From positions 2,786,405 to 2,850,404 of the forward strand of contig OZ244885.1 in assembly GCA_965221385.1 (NCBI GenBank): DNA of 64,000 bases. The letters are read 5' to 3'. The notes under the pieces were generated by a model. It searched no databases, had not been told where the DNA came from, and saw only the letters and a list, made by a program, of their open reading frames with translations. The translations under genes were made by a program, and so were the position numbers. Positions 1 to 9,885 of the stretch are shown here, piece by piece. Position 1 is the first letter of the stretch. Every line of letters starts with the position of its first letter. The DNA comes from Dehalococcoidia bacterium (GTDB lineage Bacteria > Chloroflexota > Dehalococcoidia > Lucifugimonadales > UBA3495).

Positions 1-66
1 CCCAACGGTAAATATGAATTCGGCTGCGCATTCCGCACAAACCAAGGTCTTATCTGACAGCGCCAA
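1..66 (-). CDS. Zinc-ribbon (CxxC-x17-CxxC family-like) protein, N-terminal fragment cut by the window edge; paralog of 13223..13528
   Basis: Manual translation from TTG at 66 gives MALSDKTLVCAECAAEFIFTVG, versus MALSDKTLVCVDCGSEFIFTVG at 13223. GGAGG RBS 7 nt upstream. Absent from the ORF track. Confidence 0.85.
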   Translation of the reverse strand, partial: MALSDKTLVCAECAAEFIFTVG

Positions 67-172
67 CTGCCGACCTCCACAATAAAAAGATTTGGCCTGG
101 TCGAGGTCATCCGGCGACAGCGCAACAGAGGCAACTACCCACGGGACGCAACCTTAACGCATTCCATGACTG

Positions 173-200
173 ATTATAGCAGATGGATTTACTTTGTCTA
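173..200 (-). promoter_or_regulatory. Sigma70-type promoter for the edge zinc-ribbon gene
   Basis: Minus strand TAGACA-16-TATAAT with an extended TGn -10 (TGCTATAAT). Confidence 0.6.
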
Positions 201-288
201 ACGAATGGAATTTGGCGGATTCTGTCCGGTTTTTGGGGACTGGCCGGCCAAGGAAATTGGGCCGCCGGAAGGCGCTCCTGCCGGCCAG

Positions 289-813
289 CTAGAGGCCGGG
301 CGTTGGCTGGAGACCGGGCGATGGTTGGCGCGTTGCCATTTCCCGATCCAAAATCAGCAGGTCGCTGCGACTATCGCCGATCATCCTCAGTTGGGCGATG
401 ATATCCGCCGCCGTCTTTTCCTCTTCCACCTGCTCGGTTATGAAGGCCTGCAGGTGAACCTGGGTGGCGTAGTCATTCTCTCCCCTGGCCAGTTCGTAGA
501 GTTGGCCAATGAGCCGGCTCACATTCTGCTCGTGGGTCAAGGTCGTTTCCATAACCTCAAGCGCCGAGCCGAACTCGATTGCCGGCTGCGCGATGGGCAG
601 CAACCTTACCCGTCCCTGCCGGTCCTGCACGTAGTCCACCAGTGTCATGGCGTGAGAATACTCTTCCTGGCTCTGTACCCGGAGCCAATGGGAGAAGCCC
701 GGCAGGTCTGCCGACTCGCAGTAGGCCGACATGGATAGGTATAGATAGGAGGCGTAGAATTCCTCGTTGATGTGGCCATTCAAGGCATCCAGCATTGCGT
801 CACTCAAAGCCAT
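289..813 (-). CDS. ftnA: Ferritin (non-heme)
   Basis: LNGHINEEFYASYLYLSMS, EEYSHA and EQVEEE ferroxidase motifs. Start moved to ATG 813. Confidence 0.9.
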   Translation of the reverse strand: MALSDAMLDALNGHINEEFYASYLYLSMSAYCESADLPGFSHWLRVQSQEEYSHAMTLVDYVQDRQGRVRLLPIAQPAIEFGSALEVMETTLTHEQNVSRLIGQLYELARGENDYATQVHLQAFITEQVEEEKTAADIIAQLRMIGDSRSDLLILDREMATRQPSPGLQPTPGL

Positions 814-985
814 GGCAACCGCTCCGAACAATATTATTGCAATTGACTAGTGTACCTTACTTGCAGGTGGCTTATCCTGCCCGCCGAAATGCAGGCGAAC
901 CGGCAAGGCCCGGCGCGTGGGGCTGCCCCACAGTATCGGGGACATACCCTGTAGATCATTGTATAGGAAGGCCAGGGCGGAAAAA

Positions 986-3895
986 TCAGGGCAACGCATC
1001 CCGCAAAACCTCGACCAGGTGCCGAGCCGGGCGACCCGTCCCGTGTTCCACCTGTTGGCGACAGGAAACGCCGCTAACGGCAACCTCCCAGTCATCCCCC
1101 TTCTCCCGGATTGTTGGGAAAAGAACCTGTTCACCGATGGCCATGGAAATATCATAGTGTTCCGCTTCAAAGCCAAAGGAACCGGCCATGCCACAGCAGC
1201 CCGAATTGATCAACTCCACCTGGTAGCCCGGCGGCAATCGCAGGGCCGCCAGCGAGGGTCCGTTTCCAACCAGGGACTTCTGATGACAATGACCGTGGAA
1301 AAGCACCTTCTTCTCCAAACCGGAGAATTCCAGGTCCAGATTGCCTTCCTGGTGCAGTTTCGCCAGGAACTCATCAATCATGAAGCTGTTCTCGGCAACT
1401 TTCGCCGCGCGCTCGTTTCTGCAGAATTCCGGGTATTCGTCTCGGAAAGTAAGGACGCAACTTGGTTCGCAGCCAATGATGGGTACACCCTGGTCGGCGA
1501 AGGGGAACAGCCGATCCACATTGAAGCTGGCCTGGGCGGCCGCATCGTCCAGCATTCCCTTGGAAATCATGGTTCGCCCGCAGCAATCGGCGTTGGCCAA
1601 CTGCACCCGGTAACCCGCCGCCTCCAGCACTTCAACGGCGGCGATTCCAATTGATGGATAGTTGTAGTTCATAAAGGTGTCGTTGAACAGGGCGACGGTG
1701 CCTTTGGGAGTTCCCTTGAGCATGGAGGTTTGCCGCCCGGTGAACCACTGCTGGAAGGTGGTAGTGGCCAAAGTCGGCAATTCCCGGTTGGGATGCACTC
1801 CCAATACGGTACGGGCCAGCAGGCGCCCGATGGGGCTGGCAGCTCCCCAGTTCGCCAGGGATGCCAACCGGCTGCCCTTCCTGCTGTAATCGGCTATGTG
1901 GGCAAAGAATCTGCTGCGGAAGGGTCGCTTGTTGGCCCTGTAGTAGTTATCCAGAAACTCGTACTTGAGCTTGGCCATGTCCACGCCGGACTCACACTCA
2001 GACTTGCAGGCCTTGCACTCCAGGCAAAGGTCCATGGCCTGGTAGAGTCGCTCGTTGGTGATGGTTCCCTCGGGCAGGTTGCCCGAAAGGGCGGCTCGCA
2101 GCAGGTTGGCCCGACCACGGGTGGAATGCTCCTCATCCCGGGTGGCCATGAATGAGGGGCACATGGTGCCGGTGAGCTTGCGGCAGGCCCCCATTCCATT
2201 GCACATCTCCACCGCCCCGGCATAGTTGGCGTCCAACGAAAAGTCCAGGGTGGCCGGCAGCGAGTCCGCGTGGTAATCGGGCCCGTAACGAAGGTTCTCC
2301 CGCATGGGAGGGCAGTCGATAATCTTGCCGGGATTCATGATGCCCTGGGGGTCGAAGGTGCTCTTCAGGTCCCGGAAGGCCTGGTATATTTCCGGTCCGA
2401 ACATCTTCTCGGTCCACACCCCCCGGACAATGCCGTCGCCGTGCTCCCCGCTCATGGAGCCGCCGAACTCCTTCACCAGGTCGCTGATCTGCTCCCCGAT
2501 GGAAAACATCTTTTCGATGCCCTCTTCATTCTTCAGGCTGATCAGCGGGCGGATGTGCAGGCAACCCACGCTTGCGTGGCCGTAATAGCCGGCGGTGGTG
2601 TTGTGGTTTCGGACCACCTCGTCGAAACGGCGAACGAACTCCCCCAGGTTTTCCGGATCCACCGCCGGGTCCTCGACGAAGGGAATGGGCTTGGCATCTC
2701 CGCGAATGCTCATCAGCAGGCCCAAACCGCCCTTGCGAACGTTCCAAACCATATCCTGGTCGGCCTGGGTGAGCATGTTCACGCAGGCGTAGGCCAACCG
2801 GCGGCCTTCCATGTCCTGCTTCAACTTATCCATCTTGTCAACCAACTCGGCCTCGGACTCGCCGTAGAACTCCACCAGCAGCATGGCCCCCGGGTCGCCC
2901 TGGACAAAGGCCAGGTTGCGGGACTGGCCCATGGACTCCCGAGACCGGTCCAGCACCATCTTGTCCAGCACTTCCACCGAAGAGGGGCCGTGCTTCAGCA
3001 CCTCAACGGTGGCCTCGCTGGCCCGGAATATGTCCTGGAAGTGCAGCACCGAAAGGCAGGTCATCGTGGGTCGTGGTACCAGGTTTACCTTGGCCTCGGT
3101 AACCACGCAAAGGGTACCCTCGGACCCAACGACCATTTTGGTCAGGTTGACCGGCTCCTCGCCGAGGAAGGAATCCAGGTTGTAGCCGCTAACCCGGCGC
3201 ATTATCTTGGGGTATCGGGCCTCGATTTCGGTCAGGTGGTCCTGGGCAATTCGCAGTACCCCCCGGTAGATGTCCGACTCCAGGCCTTCGCCACGAAGCT
3301 TGGCCTCAAGTTCGTGGGGCTCCAGGGTGTCGAAGTGAGCCATTGTTGCGTCGGAAAGAACCACGTCCACTTCCTTGATGTGGTCCAGGGTCTTGCCGTA
3401 GATGACGGAATGGGCGCCGCAGGTGTTGTTGCCGATGCCACCACCTACGCAGGCCCGGTTGGAGGTGGTGGGGTCTGGCGCATATTGCAGGCCGTGGGGC
3501 GCCAGGTAGCGATTCAATTGGTCCAGGACGATCCCCGGCTGAACCTTAACCCAGCTCTCTTCCCGATTCAGTTCCACCACCTGGTTCAGGTACTTGCTGA
3601 AGTCCATGACGATGGCATGGTTGACCGATTGACCGGCCAGCCCGGTTCCACCGGCTCGGGGCAGAACCGGCACTCGGTTGTCCCTGGCGATCTCCGTAAC
3701 CGCCAACACATCCTCATAGTTGCGGGGAATTACCACGCCCACCGGTTCCATCTGGTAGATGCTGGCATCGGTGCTGTAAAGCACCCGGGAGAAGGGGTCA
3801 AAACGCACCTCGCCCGACACCCGCTTCCGCAGTTCTTCGGCCAGTTCGGCCCGCTCCCGTCCCTGGATTCGGCGCGCCGCTTCGGTGGTAGCCAT
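986..3895 (-). CDS. FAD-linked oxidase / 4Fe-4S / CCG fusion oxidoreductase (GlcD-GlcF / YdiJ-like 2-hydroxyacid dehydrogenase)
   Basis: YSTDASIY, GSEGTL, GEHGDG, CNGMGAC, CLECKACKSEC and two CCG motifs. Confidence 0.88.
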   Translation of the reverse strand: MATTEAARRIQGRERAELAEELRKRVSGEVRFDPFSRVLYSTDASIYQMEPVGVVIPRNYEDVLAVTEIARDNRVPVLPRAGGTGLAGQSVNHAIVMDFSKYLNQVVELNREESWVKVQPGIVLDQLNRYLAPHGLQYAPDPTTSNRACVGGGIGNNTCGAHSVIYGKTLDHIKEVDVVLSDATMAHFDTLEPHELEAKLRGEGLESDIYRGVLRIAQDHLTEIEARYPKIMRRVSGYNLDSFLGEEPVNLTKMVVGSEGTLCVVTEAKVNLVPRPTMTCLSVLHFQDIFRASEATVEVLKHGPSSVEVLDKMVLDRSRESMGQSRNLAFVQGDPGAMLLVEFYGESEAELVDKMDKLKQDMEGRRLAYACVNMLTQADQDMVWNVRKGGLGLLMSIRGDAKPIPFVEDPAVDPENLGEFVRRFDEVVRNHNTTAGYYGHASVGCLHIRPLISLKNEEGIEKMFSIGEQISDLVKEFGGSMSGEHGDGIVRGVWTEKMFGPEIYQAFRDLKSTFDPQGIMNPGKIIDCPPMRENLRYGPDYHADSLPATLDFSLDANYAGAVEMCNGMGACRKLTGTMCPSFMATRDEEHSTRGRANLLRAALSGNLPEGTITNERLYQAMDLCLECKACKSECESGVDMAKLKYEFLDNYYRANKRPFRSRFFAHIADYSRKGSRLASLANWGAASPIGRLLARTVLGVHPNRELPTLATTTFQQWFTGRQTSMLKGTPKGTVALFNDTFMNYNYPSIGIAAVEVLEAAGYRVQLANADCCGRTMISKGMLDDAAAQASFNVDRLFPFADQGVPIIGCEPSCVLTFRDEYPEFCRNERAAKVAENSFMIDEFLAKLHQEGNLDLEFSGLEKKVLFHGHCHQKSLVGNGPSLAALRLPPGYQVELINSGCCGMAGSFGFEAEHYDISMAIGEQVLFPTIREKGDDWEVAVSGVSCRQQVEHGTGRPARHLVEVLRDALP

Positions 3896-4091
3896 GCTCT
3901 TTCCTCGCTGGGGTTTATGACGTTGGGGAAAAGGCTTGATGGGTAAGTTTAACACAGCGTCGCCCATTGGCATGACCATTGGGAGGCGCCACCCATTGTT
4001 AGTCCCATTGAGCCAATGCTAAACTGGCTGGGTTCCATTTGTAGGCAATGGATTCAAGGCTCCGAAGCGCTGGATTAACCTGGAGGAAGAG

Positions 4092-5471
4092 ATGACGACT
4101 CAAAGCGAAAGGGAAATGGAGGGTCTGCAGAGAACCGCCCTGGAAAACCTCTGGGTTTACCTGCGGGAACCCAGCGACATGGCGGAAAAGGGCGAGCCCC
4201 AGATTTTCGTCGAAGGCAAGGGCTGCCAGGTTACCGATGCCATGGGCAATACCTACATCGATGCAATGTCGGGCCTTTGGCTGAAAAACGTGGGCTACGG
4301 CCAAAAGGAAATCGCCGATGCCGCCTACGAACAGATGCTCAAGATTACCTACATGCCCATGGGCACCACCACTGAGCCGACTATCCTGCTGTCCGAAAAG
4401 GTTGCCTCCCTGACTCCCGGAGACCTCTCTCGCTGCTTCTTCACCAGCGGCGGCTCTGAATCGGTGGAAACGGCCCTGAAGCTCACCCGCGCCTATTTCA
4501 AGCGTACCGGCGAACCCCAGCGTACCAAGTTCATCAGCCGCAAGGACTCCTACCACGGGGCAACCATGGGCGCATTGTCCCTGGGCGGCAACTTCCTCTA
4601 CCCAAAGGACGACTACGAGCCCCTGATGCCCAACTCCTTCCATGCGCCCCAGCCCAATTTCTACCATTGCGAGTTCAACAGCAGCACTCCTGAAGAGTGC
4701 GGGCAGCGCGCGGTTGACGCCATCGAGAACATTATCAAGTTCCAGGGGCCGGAGACCATCGCTGCCGTGGTAGCCGAACCGGTGTCCAGCCCCATGGGGT
4801 CGGTGGTGCCGCCGGACAACTATTGGCCCCTGCTGCGGGAGCTCTGCGACAAGTACGGGTGCCTGCTCATTGCCGATGAGGTGATCACCGGTTTCGGGCG
4901 CACGGGCAAATGGTTCGCCTGCGAACATTGGGGAATTACCCCGGATATGATGACCGTGGCCAAGGGCATTACCAGCGGTTACATCCCCATGGGCGGGGCC
5001 ATCCTGCGCAAGCCCATCGCCGATGCCTTCGTCGGCAGCCCCCGGGCCGCCTTCCGGCACGTCATTACCTTTGGGGGCCATCCGGTGGCGGCGGCGGCAT
5101 CCCTCAAGAACCTGGAAATCATGGAACGGGAAGGCATGATCGAGAACTCCGCCAGGATGGGCAAGTACCTGCTGGACGGGCTGGAAGAAGTGAAGGAAAA
5201 ACACCCCATCGTCGGGATGGTACGGGGGCTGGGCCTGATGTGCGGCATGGAACTGGTCAAGGATCGGGAAACCAAGGAACACTTCCCCGCCGATGTCAAT
5301 CTGGGACCGCGCCTGACCCAGGCCTTCGCGGACAAGGGCCTGTTCCTGCGGGGCGGCGACATAATAAACATTATGCCCCCGCTGTGTGTCACTCCGGGCG
5401 AAATTGAGCAGATCGTATCCACCATGGACGAGGTGATCGGCCAGGTTTCCCAGGACATAGGGGTGGAATAG
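4092..5471 (+). CDS. Class III PLP aminotransferase (omega-amine / BioA-like family)
   Basis: SGGSESVE, SYHG, IADEVITGFGRTG and TVAKG (PLP lysine); GGAGG RBS. Confidence 0.9.
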   Translation: MTTQSEREMEGLQRTALENLWVYLREPSDMAEKGEPQIFVEGKGCQVTDAMGNTYIDAMSGLWLKNVGYGQKEIADAAYEQMLKITYMPMGTTTEPTILLSEKVASLTPGDLSRCFFTSGGSESVETALKLTRAYFKRTGEPQRTKFISRKDSYHGATMGALSLGGNFLYPKDDYEPLMPNSFHAPQPNFYHCEFNSSTPEECGQRAVDAIENIIKFQGPETIAAVVAEPVSSPMGSVVPPDNYWPLLRELCDKYGCLLIADEVITGFGRTGKWFACEHWGITPDMMTVAKGITSGYIPMGGAILRKPIADAFVGSPRAAFRHVITFGGHPVAAAASLKNLEIMEREGMIENSARMGKYLLDGLEEVKEKHPIVGMVRGLGLMCGMELVKDRETKEHFPADVNLGPRLTQAFADKGLFLRGGDIINIMPPLCVTPGEIEQIVSTMDEVIGQVSQDIGVE

Positions 5472-5516
5472 GCGAGGCGACGGGGTGAGTAACTCTAATC
5501 GTTTGTCCTGCCCGCA

Positions 5517-5888
5517 ATGATCTACCTGCTCGTGGCCCTGGGGGGCGCTGTTGGTTCAGTCCTCCGGTTTGCCGTCGGCCGGGCAGCCATCCAGATTTTC
5601 GGGCCCGGCGCCCTGTGGGGTACGTTGTTCGTCAACGTTTCGGGTTCCTTCGCCCTGGGGTTCTTCCTGGGGTTTGACATACAACGAAGTGTCATCTCCG
5701 CCGACGTTCGCGCCATGGTAGCCGTGGGTTTGCTGGGAGGCTACACCACCTTTTCCACCCTCAGTTACGACACCATTCGCCTGCTGGAAACTGGAGAATT
5801 CACCCGGGCCGGGGTGAACGTTCTTGCCAATCTGGCCCTGGGCCTGGCGGCTGCCTACCTGGGCATACTGGCCGGGCGGGCCGTGTGA
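5517..5888 (+). CDS. crcB: Fluoride efflux channel CrcB/FluC
   Basis: GGAVGSVLRF, GTLFVNVSGSF and GLLGGYTTFST motifs; 123 aa, hydrophobic. Confidence 0.92.
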   Translation: MIYLLVALGGAVGSVLRFAVGRAAIQIFGPGALWGTLFVNVSGSFALGFFLGFDIQRSVISADVRAMVAVGLLGGYTTFSTLSYDTIRLLETGEFTRAGVNVLANLALGLAAAYLGILAGRAV

Positions 5889-6188
5889 CCGACATGTCCC
5901 AGGGGGATTCGGGGCATGGCCCCATACCCAGGCGCGGCAGTAATTGCTCCATCGTAGAAGAGTATGACCGTTGCAACTGGATGAGAGGGTGAAGGGGGCC
6001 AAGGGGGGCTGCACAAGCCGCCAATCGGGGTTTTGGTGGGGCCATAGGGGTTCTTGTTTGGGGATGAGCAGGGTGTTACACTTGGTTGTGAAATGATTCA
6101 CCTTCTATTTCTCCCCGATCGACCGACCCTTTCCTCACCTCTGATGTCCTGACCCGCACTGACGGGAATCTTTCATGGGGGCCGGGCT

Positions 6189-7088
6189 ATGAATCATCTT
6201 ATCGTTCACCAGAAGCCGGAAGCCAAGTTTGATTACCTCATAGTTGCCTTTGCCGGGTGGCCTGACGCCGGTGAGAGCGCGACATCAACCCTGAAGTACG
6301 TACTGCGGCAATTGGGCGGCGAAAAATTTGCCGAAATCGACCCGGAAGAGTTCTACGACTTCTCCCAGGAGCGGCCCCGATCATACCGGCTCAAGGACGG
6401 CCGTCGGCGGGTTCGCTGGCCGGAGAACGAGTTCTACAGTTGGCAGGCTCCCCAACCCGTGGAATCCGGCAGCGCGCGGGGCGCTCTCTTCTTCATCGGC
6501 GTGGAACCCAACCTGAAGTGGCGGACATTCTCGGAGACCATCGCCAACCTGGCCCTGGAAATGGGAGTCAAGACCGTCGTTCATCTGGGAGCGTTGCTGG
6601 ACGCCGTACCCCACACCCGCCAGGTTAAGCTGACCGGTTCCTCCACCCTGCCCCTGTTGCAGGAAGCCCTGGAGTCTTCCAACATTGGCACATCCAACTA
6701 CCAGGGTCCCACAGGTATCAGCACGGCAGTTATGGAGACTTGCACCAGGAAAGGAATGAGCTACGCTTCCCTGTGGGGGCATACCTCCCATTACCTTCAG
6801 GCGGCGCCCAACTATCGGGTGTGCTACACGCTGGCCGAGACCCTCTCGCGCCTGCTGAGGCTAAATTTCAGCCTGGGCGAACTGCGTTCTGCGGCGGAGA
6901 ATTTCGATCAAGAAGTGGTTCAGGCCATCAGTAAGGATGAGCAACTGGCCAACTACGTCCGCAAGCTGGAAGCGCGCTACGATGAATCGGTGGCCGAAAC
7001 GCCCATGCCCGAACCGGCGGACGTGGTGCGGGAACTGGAGCAGTTCCTGCGTTCCGAACAGCGCCGCAACTTTGGCGGCGCTGACTGA
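6189..7088 (+). CDS. PAC2 family (proteasome assembly chaperone-like) protein
   Basis: AFAGWPDAGESA, IDPEEFYDF, GVEPNLKW, LGALLDAVPHTR and YVRKLE motifs. Confidence 0.85.
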   Translation: MNHLIVHQKPEAKFDYLIVAFAGWPDAGESATSTLKYVLRQLGGEKFAEIDPEEFYDFSQERPRSYRLKDGRRRVRWPENEFYSWQAPQPVESGSARGALFFIGVEPNLKWRTFSETIANLALEMGVKTVVHLGALLDAVPHTRQVKLTGSSTLPLLQEALESSNIGTSNYQGPTGISTAVMETCTRKGMSYASLWGHTSHYLQAAPNYRVCYTLAETLSRLLRLNFSLGELRSAAENFDQEVVQAISKDEQLANYVRKLEARYDESVAETPMPEPADVVRELEQFLRSEQRRNFGGAD

Positions 7089-7182
7089 GCCAACCTCGAC
7101 CACACGAAAGGGTAGCCTCTCCGGCCCGTGGCCCTAGCTGCCCGGGTATTGTGTTTTCGATTCCATTCATTGGAGCGAAAGG

Positions 7183-8064
7183 TTGACCACCCGAACTTCT
7201 CAAGCGGAAACTGGTTCTCCGGTCAAGGCTACGTCCCAGGCCGAACCCCGCCGCCGGGGACGGCGGAAGGGCGTTGAACCAATCGCAGTGGCCGAGGCCA
7301 TCCGGCTGATGACCGAGGCCTACGGCCCTTTCCCCGAGGAGCCGAGGCTTGACCCGGTTCACGAACTGACCTTCACCATCCTTTCCCAGCACACGTCAGA
7401 CACTAACTCCGAGCGAGCATTTCGCAGCCTGATGCAGCGGTTTGGCTCTCTGGATGCGGTGGCCCGGGCAGACGTGGCCGCAATCGAGGCAGCCATTAGC
7501 GGCGGCGGACTGGCAAAGGTCAAGGCCCCCCGAATCAAAGAGGTGCTCAACCGCATTATCGAGCTGAACGGTTCGCTGGACCTGACCTTCCTGCGGGAAA
7601 TGCCCCTGGCCGATGCCAAGGCCTGGTTGAGGCAGTTGCCGGGGATCGGCCCCAAGTCGGCGGGAATCATCCTGAGTTTTTCCCTGGGAATGCCCGCCAT
7701 GGCCATAGACACCCACATATACCGGGTTTCCCAACGGTTGGCCTTGATTGGCCCAAAGGTAACGGCGGACAAGGCGCACGACCTCTTGGAGGAGCAGGTT
7801 GAACCCTCCCAGGTTTACCCCTTCCACCAGGCCTTCATAAACCACGGGCGGTTGGTATGCAAGGCTCAGAGGCCCCGTTGCCCCGAATGCGTGGTGGCGG
7901 CCGGTTGCCCCTCCCGGGACCGGCTGATGAAGGAAGCGGAAAAGCAGGCAAGGGCCGCGGAGCGAAACCGGGCCAAGGTTGCCAGGAAGGCGAAAACGTC
8001 CAAGGCTTCCAGCCCTCACCGTACCACCGCAAAACAGGCGCCCCACGCCTATCCGGAAGTATAG
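7183..8064 (+). CDS. nth: Endonuclease III (HhH-GPD glycosylase with 4Fe-4S cluster)
   Basis: TILSQHT, HhH LPGIGPKSA, IDTH and C-x6-C-x2-C-x5-C. Start position uncertain. Confidence 0.85.
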   Translation: MTTRTSQAETGSPVKATSQAEPRRRGRRKGVEPIAVAEAIRLMTEAYGPFPEEPRLDPVHELTFTILSQHTSDTNSERAFRSLMQRFGSLDAVARADVAAIEAAISGGGLAKVKAPRIKEVLNRIIELNGSLDLTFLREMPLADAKAWLRQLPGIGPKSAGIILSFSLGMPAMAIDTHIYRVSQRLALIGPKVTADKAHDLLEEQVEPSQVYPFHQAFINHGRLVCKAQRPRCPECVVAAGCPSRDRLMKEAEKQARAAERNRAKVARKAKTSKASSPHRTTAKQAPHAYPEV

Positions 8065-8132
8065 GCTCGCGGTACTGCGGGCGATTGTCCGGCTGACCTT
8101 TGACACTGGCACTCGGCGCCAATCAGTGCCGG

Positions 8133-8160
8133 TTGCACAATTGGCCCAATGTAGTACAAT
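8133..8160 (+). promoter_or_regulatory. Putative promoter of tRNA-Glu
   Basis: TTGCAC-16-TACAAT, 10 nt upstream of the tRNA. Confidence 0.55.
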
Positions 8161-8170
8161 GAAATTGCGT

Positions 8171-8248
8171 GCCCCGGTCGTCTAGCCAGGTTAGGACGCC
8201 ACCCTTTCAAGGTGGAGATCATGGGATCGAAGCCCATCCGGGGTACCA
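8171..8248 (+). tRNA. tRNA-Glu (anticodon TTC)
   Basis: Cloverleaf: acceptor GCCCCGG/CCGGGGT, anticodon arm CCACC-CTTTCAA-GGTGG, T arm ATGGG-ATCGAAG-CCCAT, encoded 3' CCA. Confidence 0.95.
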
Positions 8249-8365
8249 CTCTATCGAACCCTCGGCCTCTCCCCAACCCGGCTACCCCACTACTTGCATC
8301 TATTGCTCGGAATGCCAGCCGGGTATATTCTGGCGGGAAGGCGGAAGCTTCGCCCACTTGCAACT

Positions 8366-9838
8366 ATGACGTCAAAGATTGGGTTCTGGCCACTTAACAG
8401 ACTTCTCAGCAGAGGATCTACTGCTGCCGAATCGGGCGCCGCTCCTTCGGAGGTAAATTGTCCCCATTGCGGGACCATGGTTCGCCCTTCCCGTCGGTGT
8501 TCCAACTGCAACCAGCCGATCTTCTCCCTGCCCGGCTGGGCTCGCGACAGCCGGGACCGGCCATTGATCACCCGCCGCCGCGTCACCTTTGCCGGCGTCG
8601 CTTTGGCCCTCCTTATCTTCATCCTCTGGCTCAACTACCCGTTTCTGCCCAATTACGGCATCCTGTTGTTCAACCGGCCCACCACTGACATTACCTCCAA
8701 TTCAACGTATGCCCGGTGGAACATGGCTGGTGGCGATCTGGCCCAGCGGAACGTGGTTCGCGCTCCGGGGGAGGGTGTTTCGTTGCCGGTGGGACGGTTG
8801 AAATGGTCCGCGCCCACGGGGGAGGGAACCCGCGCCGGACCCATCGCCGCTGATGGAATGGTTTACCAGGGCGCCTACTTCCGGGTTGAGGCCCTCGACG
8901 CCAATACCGGGGCATCGGTCTGGAGTCAGCCAGCCTCCGGTCCGGTTCAGGCAACCCTGGCCTTGGCTGGCGACTATCTGTATGCCGGTTTCCTGGACCA
9001 CAGGTTGCGGGCCTTGGACCCCGAATCGGGCCAGGTAATTTGGGAATTCAAGGCTGGGGACATCATCACCACGCCCCCTTCCGCGCAGGATGGGATACTG
9101 TACTTTGGGGCTTGGGATAACATCCAGTATGCCCTGGACGCCGCCACCGGCGAGGTTATCTGGACCTACGAAGCATCGGACAAGATCGGCTCCAGTGCGG
9201 CCGTGTCCGATGGCGTCATGGCGCTGGCGGACAAGGGAGGACGGATTCACCTGCTCGATGCCAGAACCGGCCAGAACCGCCTTGTCTTTCGAATCCCCAA
9301 GTCCGCCAATTCCTCCCCGGTAATTGCCCATGACCAGGTGTACTTCGCGGCCGGCGGTCGCCTGTATGCCATAGATGCAACCGTGAAGGAGGTGCCGGGG
9401 CAGTACCAGTTCAAACGGGTTTGGGCGCAACTCTGGCTCTGGCAGATTCCCGGAGTTCCCAGGCCCGCCAGCCAGCAGGGCAGCAGGTGGCGTTTTTCTC
9501 CTAAAGGCGCCGATTCCAACATTGTGGGAGCGCCGGCGGTGACCAATTCCCGCGTCTATGTGGGGGACTTGGATGGTGGCCTGTACGCTCTTGCCCCGGC
9601 CACGGGCGATACAATATGGCGATTCCAGGCGGAAGGCGGGATATATGCTTCGCCCCTGGTGGTGGCAGACACGGTCTTCGTTGCCACTCAGGAAGGAAAG
9701 ATTCACGCCGTGGACGCCGATTCAGGCGAGGAAAGGTGGGTTCTGGAAGTTGGCTCCCCGGTGAACGAGCCTCTGGCCTTTGCCGATGGTGTGCTCTACC
9801 TGCGTACTGCCGAGGGCACAGTCCACGCCGTTGAGTAA
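8366..9838 (+). CDS. Membrane-anchored PQQ-like beta-propeller repeat protein with N-terminal zinc ribbon
   Basis: CPHC..CSNC, one TM helix, then repeated ALDxxTGxxxW units. Confidence 0.8.
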   Translation: MTSKIGFWPLNRLLSRGSTAAESGAAPSEVNCPHCGTMVRPSRRCSNCNQPIFSLPGWARDSRDRPLITRRRVTFAGVALALLIFILWLNYPFLPNYGILLFNRPTTDITSNSTYARWNMAGGDLAQRNVVRAPGEGVSLPVGRLKWSAPTGEGTRAGPIAADGMVYQGAYFRVEALDANTGASVWSQPASGPVQATLALAGDYLYAGFLDHRLRALDPESGQVIWEFKAGDIITTPPSAQDGILYFGAWDNIQYALDAATGEVIWTYEASDKIGSSAAVSDGVMALADKGGRIHLLDARTGQNRLVFRIPKSANSSPVIAHDQVYFAAGGRLYAIDATVKEVPGQYQFKRVWAQLWLWQIPGVPRPASQQGSRWRFSPKGADSNIVGAPAVTNSRVYVGDLDGGLYALAPATGDTIWRFQAEGGIYASPLVVADTVFVATQEGKIHAVDADSGEERWVLEVGSPVNEPLAFADGVLYLRTAEGTVHAVE

Positions 9839-9885
9839 TGCCTGGGAAGCAACCCAGTGGCCACCGCCAGTAGGGAGTCTGAATT

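Noticed and set aside
2270..3946. Long antisense ORFs (e.g. 2270..3946, 3999..5282, 20523..21731, 48888..50330, 57685..59100)
   Set aside because: These are shadow frames opposite well-supported genes, as expected in high-GC DNA.
5472..5516. Fluoride riboswitch upstream of crcB
   Set aside because: The gap is only 45 nt; GGCGACGGGG is not followed by the TCGCC pairing or the downstream conserved segment.
8171..8300. tRNA as an integration site for an island or prophage
   Set aside because: No integrase, and no duplicated tRNA 3' end seen in the window.
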